Shown in pieces: positions 1 through 8,082 of a stretch of DNA of 32,000 bases; the stretch's first letter is position 1, and each line of letters begins with the position of its first letter. The stretch covers positions 5,955,844-5,987,843 of the forward strand of contig NZ_CP191777.1 in assembly GCF_050563455.1 (NCBI RefSeq). Direction: 5' to 3'. This DNA is from Crocosphaera watsonii WH 8501 (GTDB lineage: Bacteria > Cyanobacteriota > Cyanobacteriia > Cyanobacteriales > Microcystaceae). The notes beneath the pieces are model-generated. The model searched no databases. It was not told the DNA's origin and saw only the letters and a list, made by a program, of their open reading frames with translations. The position numbers were made by a program, and so were the translations under genes.

Positions 1-2483
1 CCTCACCTATAGAACAGATATAAGTATTAGGAAAAAGAATATATGGATAATATTCAAATAAACCTTCAAATCTATGCTGATTAATTAAATAATCAATTGA
101 AATCCATTCATATCTAAGATAGTTATAAGTATAGGGTAACATCTTATTTTGAAGTAAATTTAAAATACTTATTTTACAGCTTGAATTTATATCAAAACTT
201 ATCGGAGCAAATAAACTTCTATCATATTTCCCTAAAATTTCTAATGCTAAAATCTTTTGATCATTATCACTGTTGTTGATATAATCTATTAAAACTAATT
301 TGCTTTTATCTACAATAGATGAAATATTTTCTTGATATGAGTCACTCAAGTTGTCTAATAAATTTCCAGGTTTAATATACTGATCTCTCTCAGATTTTTC
401 TACACATCCCCAAGTAATACAATAATCAATAGTTGCTTTTGTAATCTTTTTAGTAACTTTAGGACTAGGAACAATAAACTCTAAACATCTGACAGTAAAA
501 TCTAATAAATTACCTTGTATTTCTAGATTATCTTGAGCTTTTTCTATTTCATCTACTAAACTATCTAATAACTCATCTCCCGCATCTTCTGTCTTTTTAT
601 CTTGAATTTTAAATGCTAATTGACAAACCATATCCCATTCCTGGTTAGCAATTTTTGGTAATAGTATATTAAATAATTCTTCTACGCTTTTACTATTTCT
701 AACTAAGCTACAAGCAGTAAAATATTCTAAGAAAGTTCTATGAGTAAACTTATATAAATTATCTCCATCTCTATTAGTTCCTACATCAGTAAATACCCAA
801 GCACTTCCACGACAAAAACGGACAAATTCTCCTGCTGCTTGTTCCGCATCATCAGGATCTTCAAAGCGACGTTTTAAGAGATATTCTGATGCTTTTGTAA
901 TCAACTTTTGTTCAATAACTCCACCTTGTAATGATTGTTCTCTATATATCCAATTAGCTAAATACATGATAGTTGGTTTTATTTTTGTTTAAATTTTTTG
1001 GATAGGAATAGGTAACTTAATATCTCTTCTTTTGTCCCATCTTTCAAATAACATATCAGCACATTTTGCATAAACATCTGGTCTATTTCTCGGGATATAT
1101 CCTTCTCCCCGATAGATGTTACACATTAGTCCTAACATTAAGGGATTTTTTTGTAAGTCAGGAACTCCCTTACTTTCATTAAGGAATGCTTCTACCTTTT
1201 TAGTCCTTTTATTTTCTGTCTCCTCTATTGTTACTTTGAACCATTTTTCTGTGTACTCCTTAACTTGTTCATCATTAAAAGATCCTAAGCTAAAACTATT
1301 AAATATCTCCTCATTTAAAGGTGCTTCTTTATAACCCACTTCACGGGAAGTAACCAATATAGGAACAGAAGGATAGAAGTTAGCAAAAGATTCTATATCA
1401 TCCCGATTTTTTTTTTCGATCGCTTGTATTTGTGAGTTCATCTAACCCATCAAAAATAACCACAGCACGACCACTTAACAATAAATATTCAACTGCATCA
1501 CTGGGAAAAGATGTTATTTGATAATCAGCTTTAATATTATCATTGATAAATTCTAAAATAGAACAGGGTTCTTGTTGTTTTTGAGAAGCATAGTCTCTTA
1601 AAATGACTAAGAAAGGAGTAACTTGTCTATCAGCTAATAATCTATTTTCATATTTTGTCGCTAAGTCGTAGCATAATTTTTGTGAAAAAGTCGATTTTCC
1701 ACCCCCAGGATCACCTAATAAAACGGTACGATGTAATAAAGTATAAAATTCAGTGATTGATAAGTCTTCCGATCCCTTTTGACTAGAATAATAGTTAGGA
1801 AGAAAGTTAGGACAAACATAAATCTTATCCATCGGAATTTTTTTAGTTGCATCGACAAAGGGAGGAGTAATAAACCCGTGACGGTTAACAACTTGATTAC
1901 GGTATTCTTCCTCAAACTTTAAGATATCTTCAACAGTTGATTTATCTTGTTTAGCTAAACAATCTAAAAGTCCCTTAATATTCCCTAATTCATCTACAAT
2001 AATACGATGACGTAAAACAGATTTAGCTTCATGTGCAGACAATCTTCCTTTATCAATAGCCTTCGTTAAAACTTGTTCACATCCTTCGACTAAAATATCA
2101 AAAATTTGAATATTTTGTTCTTCAATCTTACTATCATCAATACCTGTGTATAAATAAAAAGCCTGTAAAAATTCTCTTTTAATTGTCTCTAAATTATTTT
2201 CTTTATTATCCAAACTGGAAGCACTATAAATCTGTCTAATAATCTGTTCTGCTTCAGGGGAAAGAAGGAAAGAACAAATAGGATGACTTTCAGGATCATC
2301 ATATTCTTCTATAATGTCTAAAACTTTTTCTGTAGCTTCTTGTAAAATTGGTTGTAATGCTGTTTCTTTTAACTCCCTTTTCCCTAATATTTCTCTACCA
2401 ATAATTTTGTCATGAGTCCAACTTAGGGTAGGTTTAAGTAAAGGGGTTAATCCTTTACCAATTAAAGATAAATCTAGTGGCAT
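1..2483 (-). pseudogene. NACHT-type STAND P-loop NTPase (bacterial NLR-like), interrupted. Segments are 1398-2483, 989-1441 and <1-967; the C-terminus lies beyond the window
   Basis: The 361-aa ORF carries Walker A LLGDPGGGKST and Walker B VVIFDGLDEL. The 150-aa ORF continues the NACHT domain (SVPILVTSR...). My own minus-strand translation from ATG 967-965 down to base 1 is stop-free (MYLANWIYREQSL...YKFTHRTFLEYFTACSL...); the ORF track misses it because it leaves the window. The frame switch is at the T10 run 1407-1416, and an in-frame TAA lies at 989-991. Confidence 0.8.
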
Positions 2484-2516
2484 AGTTCTTATATTAATCT
2501 CTTCTGAATGATAGTT

Positions 2517-2633
2517 CTAGTTTAATGCTAAAAAGTCAATGTTTCCAGTGGAAACTCTGGGGGTTGTTTTGCCTTGCGCACTAGGAACACCACGAGTCAT
2601 ACCTAAGAAGTGGGAAGGATCGCCAGACAGATA
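2517..2633 (-). pseudogene. 3'-terminal remnant (~38 codons) of a second cpcG-like phycobilisome rod-core linker gene
   Basis: Minus-strand translation YLSGDPSHFLGMTRGVPSAQGKTTPRVSTGNIDFLALN* aligns with the C-terminus of the intact CpcG at 3626-4375 ([37 protein letters not shown]). The frame is closed by TAA at 2634-2636 just upstream. Confidence 0.7.
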
Positions 2634-2718
2634 TTATGACATACTTCTGTCTAAAAGTGAGAAGCTTCCTGGGCTGAAGTTGCCATCACTGGTTCTATTT
2701 ATTCATATCTCCCAATGT

Positions 2719-2757
2719 GTGAATTTCGGGGGTGAATTTCGGGGGTGAATTTCGGGG
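2719..2757. repeat. Three perfect tandem copies of the 13-bp unit GTGAATTTCGGGG
   Basis: Read directly: 2719-2731, 2732-2744, 2745-2757. The tract is intergenic, between the cpcG remnant and the antitoxin gene. Confidence 0.95.
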
Positions 2758-2849
2758 TGCCGTCCCGCATGGTACTATTTGAGTATCGTTACGTCCTAAA
2801 GTACGGGGTTTTAGAGCCTTCATTTTTCGATAAGTAGTGTAAAACAAAT

Positions 2850-3053
2850 ATGACTTTAACAGACTTATTAAACGAAGCGAAACAGCTTGATTTGCAAGAA
2901 CAAGTGCAACTTGCAACACAACTAATGCAATGGGTAGAAATTAAGCTGAATCAAGAAACTAAATTGACAGGAGATAAAAAAGTTAGAAAACCTGGAATTA
3001 ATCGAGGTTCTTGTTTAATTTTAGATGATTTTAATGAACCATTATCTGACTAA
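2850..3053 (+). CDS. Type II antitoxin, DUF2281/VapB-like
   Basis: 67-aa ORF that ends 17 nt before a PIN-domain gene. The C-terminal motif GSCLILDDFNEPLSD resembles the DUF2281 antitoxin tail (DDFdxPL). Confidence 0.6.
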   Translation: MTLTDLLNEAKQLDLQEQVQLATQLMQWVEIKLNQETKLTGDKKVRKPGINRGSCLILDDFNEPLSD

Positions 3054-3070
3054 TTTTGGTTAGGAAAATC

Positions 3071-3460
3071 ATGAAATTTCTATTAGATACCCATACTTTT
3101 ATGTGGTGGAATAGTGACCCAGAGAAGATCCCTCCTAATAGTCTCTTATTATTACAAAACCCTAACAATGACGTATTTCTTAGTATGGTAAGTTTGTAGG
3201 AAATGCAGATAAAAATTCAATTGGGAAAACTAACATTAACAGATGATTTAGAAACAATCGTTAAATCTGAACAAGAAGAGAATAGTCTAGCGTTAATGCC
3301 AATAACATTGCCTCATATTATTAAACTCAAAGATTTACCTTATTATCACAAAGATCCTTTTGATCGTCTTTTAATTGCTCAATCTCAAGTTGAAAACGCT
3401 ACTCTCATTAGTTGAGATTCAATTATTAAAACTTACGATTGTGCTGTGATTTGGTCTTAA
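3071..3460 (+). pseudogene. vapC: PIN-domain VapC-family toxin with two in-frame stop codons
   Basis: Own translation from ATG 3071: MKFLLDTHTFMWW...VFLSMVSL[TAG 3197-3199]EMQIKIQLGKL...HKDPFDRLLIAQSQVENATLIS[TGA 3413-3415]DSIIKTYDCAVIWS*. The TAG sits where VapC proteins carry the conserved Trp (S-L-W-E). An AGGAAA Shine-Dalgarno sequence lies upstream. Confidence 0.8.
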
Positions 3461-3625
3461 TTAAAAGGTTCATAAGATTACTCGTCTTCTCGGAATGACA
3501 GTTCTACTTCAATTAAAATTGGGAAAGTGACAGAACCATAGAATAACCTTGTGGTGATAACCTAATCATTCTATTGATCCACAACTTTCCCAAAACCTTA
3601 CGGTTAAGTTAAACAGAGTTAAACA

Positions 3626-4375
3626 TTAGCGACGGGGAACCAATGCTAAATAGTCAAGGTTTCCAGTACCAATTCTGGGGGCAGGATTCCCTCTTGAAGT
3701 CAGACCACGAACCATACCTAAGTAGTTGGAAGGATCGCCAGCTTTGGCTTTTTCTTCTTGGGGAGTAAAACGACGGATTTCGTTTTGCCAAATAATTTGA
3801 GGGAAACCCAAAATACCGCGATAGTAGCTATCGTAACGGGGAGATTTGATGTTAAAGGGTAATTCTCCTTGATCTCGCCCAGGAAGGTTCCGACGACGCT
3901 GATAGGGTACGGTATCATAGCCAAAGTTATCTAGGTATTCATCGCTGTCGAGTAAATCATCGATGAAACCACCATATCCCTTAGTAGCAACGACGATAGA
4001 CCAAGCGATTTTTTCGTCTTCGCTGTAAACATCTCGTCCTAATACCCGTTGAACACATTGCTCAACATAACGATAGTTACTGTTTTTCTCGTAAAAGCTG
4101 GTAACAAAGGTATTAGAAAGGAGCAAACCACGAATGAAGTCCCGCACGGTGATTTGTCCGTCACGAAGTTGGGACTCTAAAAAGCGTTCACGATCCTGTT
4201 TGAACGCATGGAAAAAGATTTGACGATAAGCTGCTTCGATTAAAACATCCATGTCTCCAGGAGAGAGAACATTCTCAGTGCTGAAAATGATGGGTTGATC
4301 GTCTCCTGGTACAACGTATCCTTCTACACGCGCATTTTGGGTTTTAGGCGCGTAATTTAAAAGAGGAATAGCCAA
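3626..4375 (-). CDS. cpcG: Phycobilisome rod-core linker polypeptide CpcG
   Basis: The 249-aa ORF has a PBS-linker domain ([15 protein letters not shown]...[13 protein letters not shown]) and the CpcG-type C-terminus. Confidence 0.9.
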   Translation of the reverse strand: MAIPLLNYAPKTQNARVEGYVVPGDDQPIIFSTENVLSPGDMDVLIEAAYRQIFFHAFKQDRERFLESQLRDGQITVRDFIRGLLLSNTFVTSFYEKNSNYRYVEQCVQRVLGRDVYSEDEKIAWSIVVATKGYGGFIDDLLDSDEYLDNFGYDTVPYQRRRNLPGRDQGELPFNIKSPRYDSYYRGILGFPQIIWQNEIRRFTPQEEKAKAGDPSNYLGMVRGLTSRGNPAPRIGTGNLDYLALVPRR

Positions 4376-4516
4376 AGAAAGAACCTCCGTTATTTTACAA
4401 AGTCTTTAAAACTTTAATCCTAATCATAAGGGAGTTGGGGTCGTTAAACGGTTAAATGTTAAAAAATGTTACAAAAAATGAGAAAAAGTCATCCTGTTTT
4501 CCTACTTGTTAGTTTC

Positions 4517-4565
4517 GGGAGAGGGGGAGTGTGGGGAGTGTGGGGAGAGGGGGGAGTTGTAGGGG
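4517..4565 (+). repeat. G-run tract (GGGGAGTGT-like units) with six runs of 3-6 G, followed by a 9-bp hairpin at 4563-4583
   Basis: G runs read at 4517-4519, 4523-4527, 4533-4536, 4542-4545, 4549-4554 and 4562-4565. The hairpin is GGGCTTAAT/ATTAAGCCC with a 3-nt loop. Confidence 0.9.
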
Positions 4566-4618
4566 CTTAATATTATTAAGCCCTAAAAAAGGAATACTGG
4601 TCACTGATCACTGATAAT

Positions 4619-5230
4619 TTACCATCCTGTGATGGAATAACCCAAGTTGAAAGGGGTAATATTGCTTGTTTGGGTTTCTGAGTCCACATCATCCCCTTGG
4701 CGCATTTCTGCACAAAATGTGGCGGTATTAAACCCTCCAAACCTTTGCACGGTGCTAGTCCTTAACCGTAGGTTTGGGTTAACAAACCAAAACCTCTCAA
4801 TGGTACTCATGGTATCGTATTCGGTGATTAAAACTAGGGCATCATCGCCATCCAGATGATAACGGCCAGCAATGGGAACGATTTCCGCATAACCTCTTTC
4901 TCTCAATAAAACACCTTCTCTGGGGTTATCTTTTTCAGGAATGAGAGCAAAAATGGTGGTTCCAGTGTGGTTTTCTTCGTTTCTATCCCAGGCCATGGAA
5001 CCATCCCAACTGACAAAAGCACCACCAACAGCTAAAGCGGGGTCAACGTCGTGCATTTGGCAAATTTCGATGATTTTGGGGTTATCTGCCTCTAATGCCT
5101 CTACATAAATCTCAGAATCGCCAATTTCAGCCCTTCTGAAAGCTAAATGATGGGTTGTACGTTGCGATCGCCATTTTCCTGAACTATTTTGAAAAAATTT
5201 GAGTGCGTCCATGTTTGGGTTCCTAATCAT
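4619..5230 (-). CDS. cpcS: Phycobiliprotein chromophore lyase, CpcS/CpeS family
   Basis: Family hallmarks: FFQNSSGKWRSQRTTHHL, ERFWFVNPNLRLRTS, CAEMR. The true start may be the internal MDALKFF at 5212. Confidence 0.85.
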   Translation of the reverse strand: MIRNPNMDALKFFQNSSGKWRSQRTTHHLAFRRAEIGDSEIYVEALEADNPKIIEICQMHDVDPALAVGGAFVSWDGSMAWDRNEENHTGTTIFALIPEKDNPREGVLLRERGYAEIVPIAGRYHLDGDDALVLITEYDTMSTIERFWFVNPNLRLRTSTVQRFGGFNTATFCAEMRQGDDVDSETQTSNITPFNLGYSITGW

Positions 5231-5681
5231 TAAATATATGATAAGATTCTTCTTCTAATTCTTGGGTCAACACTAAGGGTTGGCACTGTTTTATATTTAT
5301 GATAATCCCTTGCGCCCCTTCTTCTTGCAAGTCTTCCACATAACCCCCATGATGTCCATAAGCTTCGGGAAAGTTGTCAAAAGGACCAAAGTAATAGATA
5401 CAATGGGGACGAGTGGTGGTAATTTCCACCCACCAGTGAAAATCATCCTCATGGTGGCTAGAAAGGTCATCTAATGCACTAATAGCAACAATATTGAGAA
5501 TTTTACCCCCCAAACGGCTGATTCTCTGCATTTCTTGGCTCATCCTATCATAAGGCACCCTTAAGTAAAATTTACCCCGACGTTGAAATAAACCGTTAAT
5601 CTGAATCGGTTTAACCATTTTGGGGTTAATCATTACTTCATACAAAAAGACACGATTACTTTTATCATTGTTGGAGACCAT
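5223..5681 (-). CDS. CpcD-like phycobilisome linker domain fused to a DUF1816-like domain
   Basis: The N-terminal half NRVFLYEV...LRVPYDRMSQEMQRISRLGGKILNI matches the CpcD small-linker domain. The C-terminal half WWVEITTTRPHCIYYFGPFDNFPEAYGHHGGYVEDLQEEGAQGI matches my recollection of DUF1816. The stop overlaps the annotated cpcS start by 8 nt. Confidence 0.65.
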   Translation of the reverse strand: MVSNNDKSNRVFLYEVMINPKMVKPIQINGLFQRRGKFYLRVPYDRMSQEMQRISRLGGKILNIVAISALDDLSSHHEDDFHWWVEITTTRPHCIYYFGPFDNFPEAYGHHGGYVEDLQEEGAQGIIINIKQCQPLVLTQELEEESYHIFND

Positions 5682-5897
5682 ACTGATTCAGATAACAGGA
5701 AACATAGACTAAGTCAAGTTAAATGAACTTTAACTTAATTTTGCTTTACCAATGTAGTTACTTTTTGTAAATTTTTGTAAAGAAACATACGGAGTACAAT
5801 CGATTGTTATTCTCTAGCCTATTATTATTGGTGTTTTTATTAATAAAACTGGTAAAATAATTAATTGATAATTAAATTTCAAAATAATAAATTGCTT

Positions 5898-6347
5898 ATG
5901 CGTGTCATTATTCAACGAGTAAGGTCGTCGCAAGTAAGGGTTAATGGGGAGATTGTGGGAAAGATAGAGAAAGGATTAAATTTGTTAGTGGGAATTGCTA
6001 CTAATGATAGTATCAATGAAATTAATTGGATGGTGCGTAAATGTTTAGAATTACGATTATTTTCCGATGAAAATTCTGAAAGTAAATGGACAAAATCGGT
6101 TCAGGATATTGGAGGGGAATTATTAGTTATTAGTCAGTTTACTTTATATGGGGATTGTCGTCAAGGCCGCCGTCCTTCTTTTAGTAATTCTGCCCCTCCT
6201 GCTGAAGCAGAGAAATTATATAATTTATTTGTTGAGCAGTTAAAAAAGAGTGGTTTGAAGGTTGAAACGGGGATATTTGGAGCAATGATGGAGGTGAGTA
6301 TTAATAATGATGGGCCAGTAACTTTGCTGTTAGAAAAAGAAGCTTGA
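5898..6347 (+). CDS. dtd: D-aminoacyl-tRNA (D-tyrosyl-tRNA) deacylase
   Basis: MRVIIQRV...GLNLLVGI...[19 protein letters not shown]...[11 protein letters not shown] placed the start at the internal ATG 5898 rather than the track start 5865. Confidence 0.9.
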   Translation: MRVIIQRVRSSQVRVNGEIVGKIEKGLNLLVGIATNDSINEINWMVRKCLELRLFSDENSESKWTKSVQDIGGELLVISQFTLYGDCRQGRRPSFSNSAPPAEAEKLYNLFVEQLKKSGLKVETGIFGAMMEVSINNDGPVTLLLEKEA

Positions 6348-6399
6348 TTCACTGATTGTAAATCCCAATAAAATATGACTAGATTATCAACAATATCTC

Positions 6400-8042
6400 T
6401 TGAAGAATATGAGAAATTTATCGTTAAATGATTACAAAAAATATGAAAACTTTGATTTTCGCTATCCTGGTTCGATTCAACCTCATGGTGTATTATTAGT
6501 AATTGACATCAAAACCTTTACTATTATTCAAGTTAGCGAAAATACAAAAAGATTTTTAGGGGTTAAACCTAAGACATTACTGGGTAAACCTTTAACTTAT
6601 TTAATGTATTTAAAACAAATTAAAAACATCAAAAATATACTTGAGAATAATAATCATTTTGTGGATATTATTAAACTAAAAAAGAAGAAATATGATACAC
6701 AATTTAAAGGTATTTTTCATAGAGTGCAAGATAGTATTATTGGCGAATTGGAAACTTTTAAGTTAAATGATAATAATAAAAATATTGATTATTATAAGCT
6801 ATTTCAAGACGCAATTATTAATACTGGAAAAACTAACGATCTGAAGAAACTTTCAGCAAAAATAACTGAAGAGATCAGAAAAATCACAAAATTTGATCGG
6901 GTTTTAATTTATCGTTTCGAGAATGATGATAGTGGAGTGGTTATTGCTGAAAATAAACGGGAAGATATCGAAAGTTATTTAGGATTACATTACCCTTATT
7001 ATGACATTCCTAATCCAGCGAGACAATTTTTTAGTAAGAAATTGCTAAGAATGATTCCCAATATTCATGATGAACCTATTCCTATACTTCCCCGTAAACA
7101 TCCGCTCAAAAAGAAAAAATTAGATTTGCAGAATGCGTTTTTACGAAGTATTGCACCCTGTCATATTGAATATCTGAAAAATATGGGAGTAACTGCTTCT
7201 TTCAACATTTCTTTGCTCAAGGAAAACAAGCTTTGGGGACTGATTGCTTGTCATCATTATTCCCCTAAATATGTGATTTACGAAATTCGCAAAATCTGTG
7301 AACTTTTAGGGGAAATTTTTTCTCTCAAACTAATGTATGAAGAAGAAAAAAGTTTTCGTCAGTATCGTCAGACAATTAAAGAGATTAAGAAAAGGATTAA
7401 AGAAGAACTATCAAAAAATAAGAATAAACATGATTTTATTGACAATATTATTCAGAAAAATGGTGATAGTTTTCTCAAGTTGATTTCTGCGAGAGGAATC
7501 GCTATTTGTCTAGATAATAAAATTTATGTTAAGGGAAATACCCCTAAAAAAAAGCAAATTAAAGCATTGATAAATGATTTTTTGCTCCCTAAAAAAAAGG
7601 ATGTTTTTTTACAGATATTCTCACAGAGTCATATCCTATTTCCAGAAAAATTAAAGAAATTGCTTCAGGAATTTTAGCTATTTCTCTTGCTGCCAATAAT
7701 AGTACCTATCATATTATCTGGTTTCGGCCTGAACAAACTTATGAAGTACAATGGGCGGGTAATCCTTATGATGTTAAATTAATAACCGATTCCCAAGGAA
7801 ATACTGAGCTATGTCCTCGGAATTCTTTTCTCCAATGGAAAGAAATTGTGACAGGAAAATCCCTTCCTTGGAAGTCTTTAGAAATAGACGCAGCCGAAGA
7901 ATTAAGAGGTACCTTGCTATTAGCAGTTTTGGGTTATTCCCAGTCTATTCTCGAAGAAACAACCAGAAAAGCTAATCAAGCGAATTTAGCTAAAGGCCAA
8001 TTTTTGGCCAAGATGAGTCATGAATTACGCACTCCCTTAAAT
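6400..8042 (+). pseudogene. Cph1-like phytochrome sensor histidine kinase (PAS-GAF-PHY plus the start of HisKA), frameshifted and 3'-truncated
   Basis: YPGSIQPHGVLLVI, GAF chromophore-region motif LRSIAPCHIEYLKNMGV, PHY-end motif NSTYHIIWFRPEQ...AGNP, H-box MSHELRTPLN. The frame switch is at the T7 run 7604-7610. Kinase homology stops at 8042. Confidence 0.8.
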
Positions 8043-8082
8043 CCCAGATTCCGCACTTCAAAATGTAGTATAAAAAAATACA

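Noticed and set aside
2719-2757. Tandem repeats here, at 16688-16714 and 23801-23839, and the 27-bp pair at 31292-31358, considered as possible CRISPR arrays
   Set aside because: The units are 7-13 bp with no spacers, or only two copies with a 13-bp spacer. No cas genes are present, and the repeat and spacer lengths are far outside CRISPR ranges.
2539-2919. Track ORFs 2539-2748 (+) and 2695-2919 (-)
   Set aside because: The first is antisense to the cpcG remnant and runs into the 13-bp repeat tract. The second overlaps the repeat and the antitoxin gene in antisense. Neither has a recognisable motif or a ribosome-binding site.
3519-3593. A 10-bp stem (TTGGGAAAGT/ACTTTCCCAA) with a 55-nt loop downstream of cpcG, considered as a terminator
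   Set aside because: The loop is too long and there is no U tract. It may be a weak structure or a repeat remnant, which is not enough to call a terminator.
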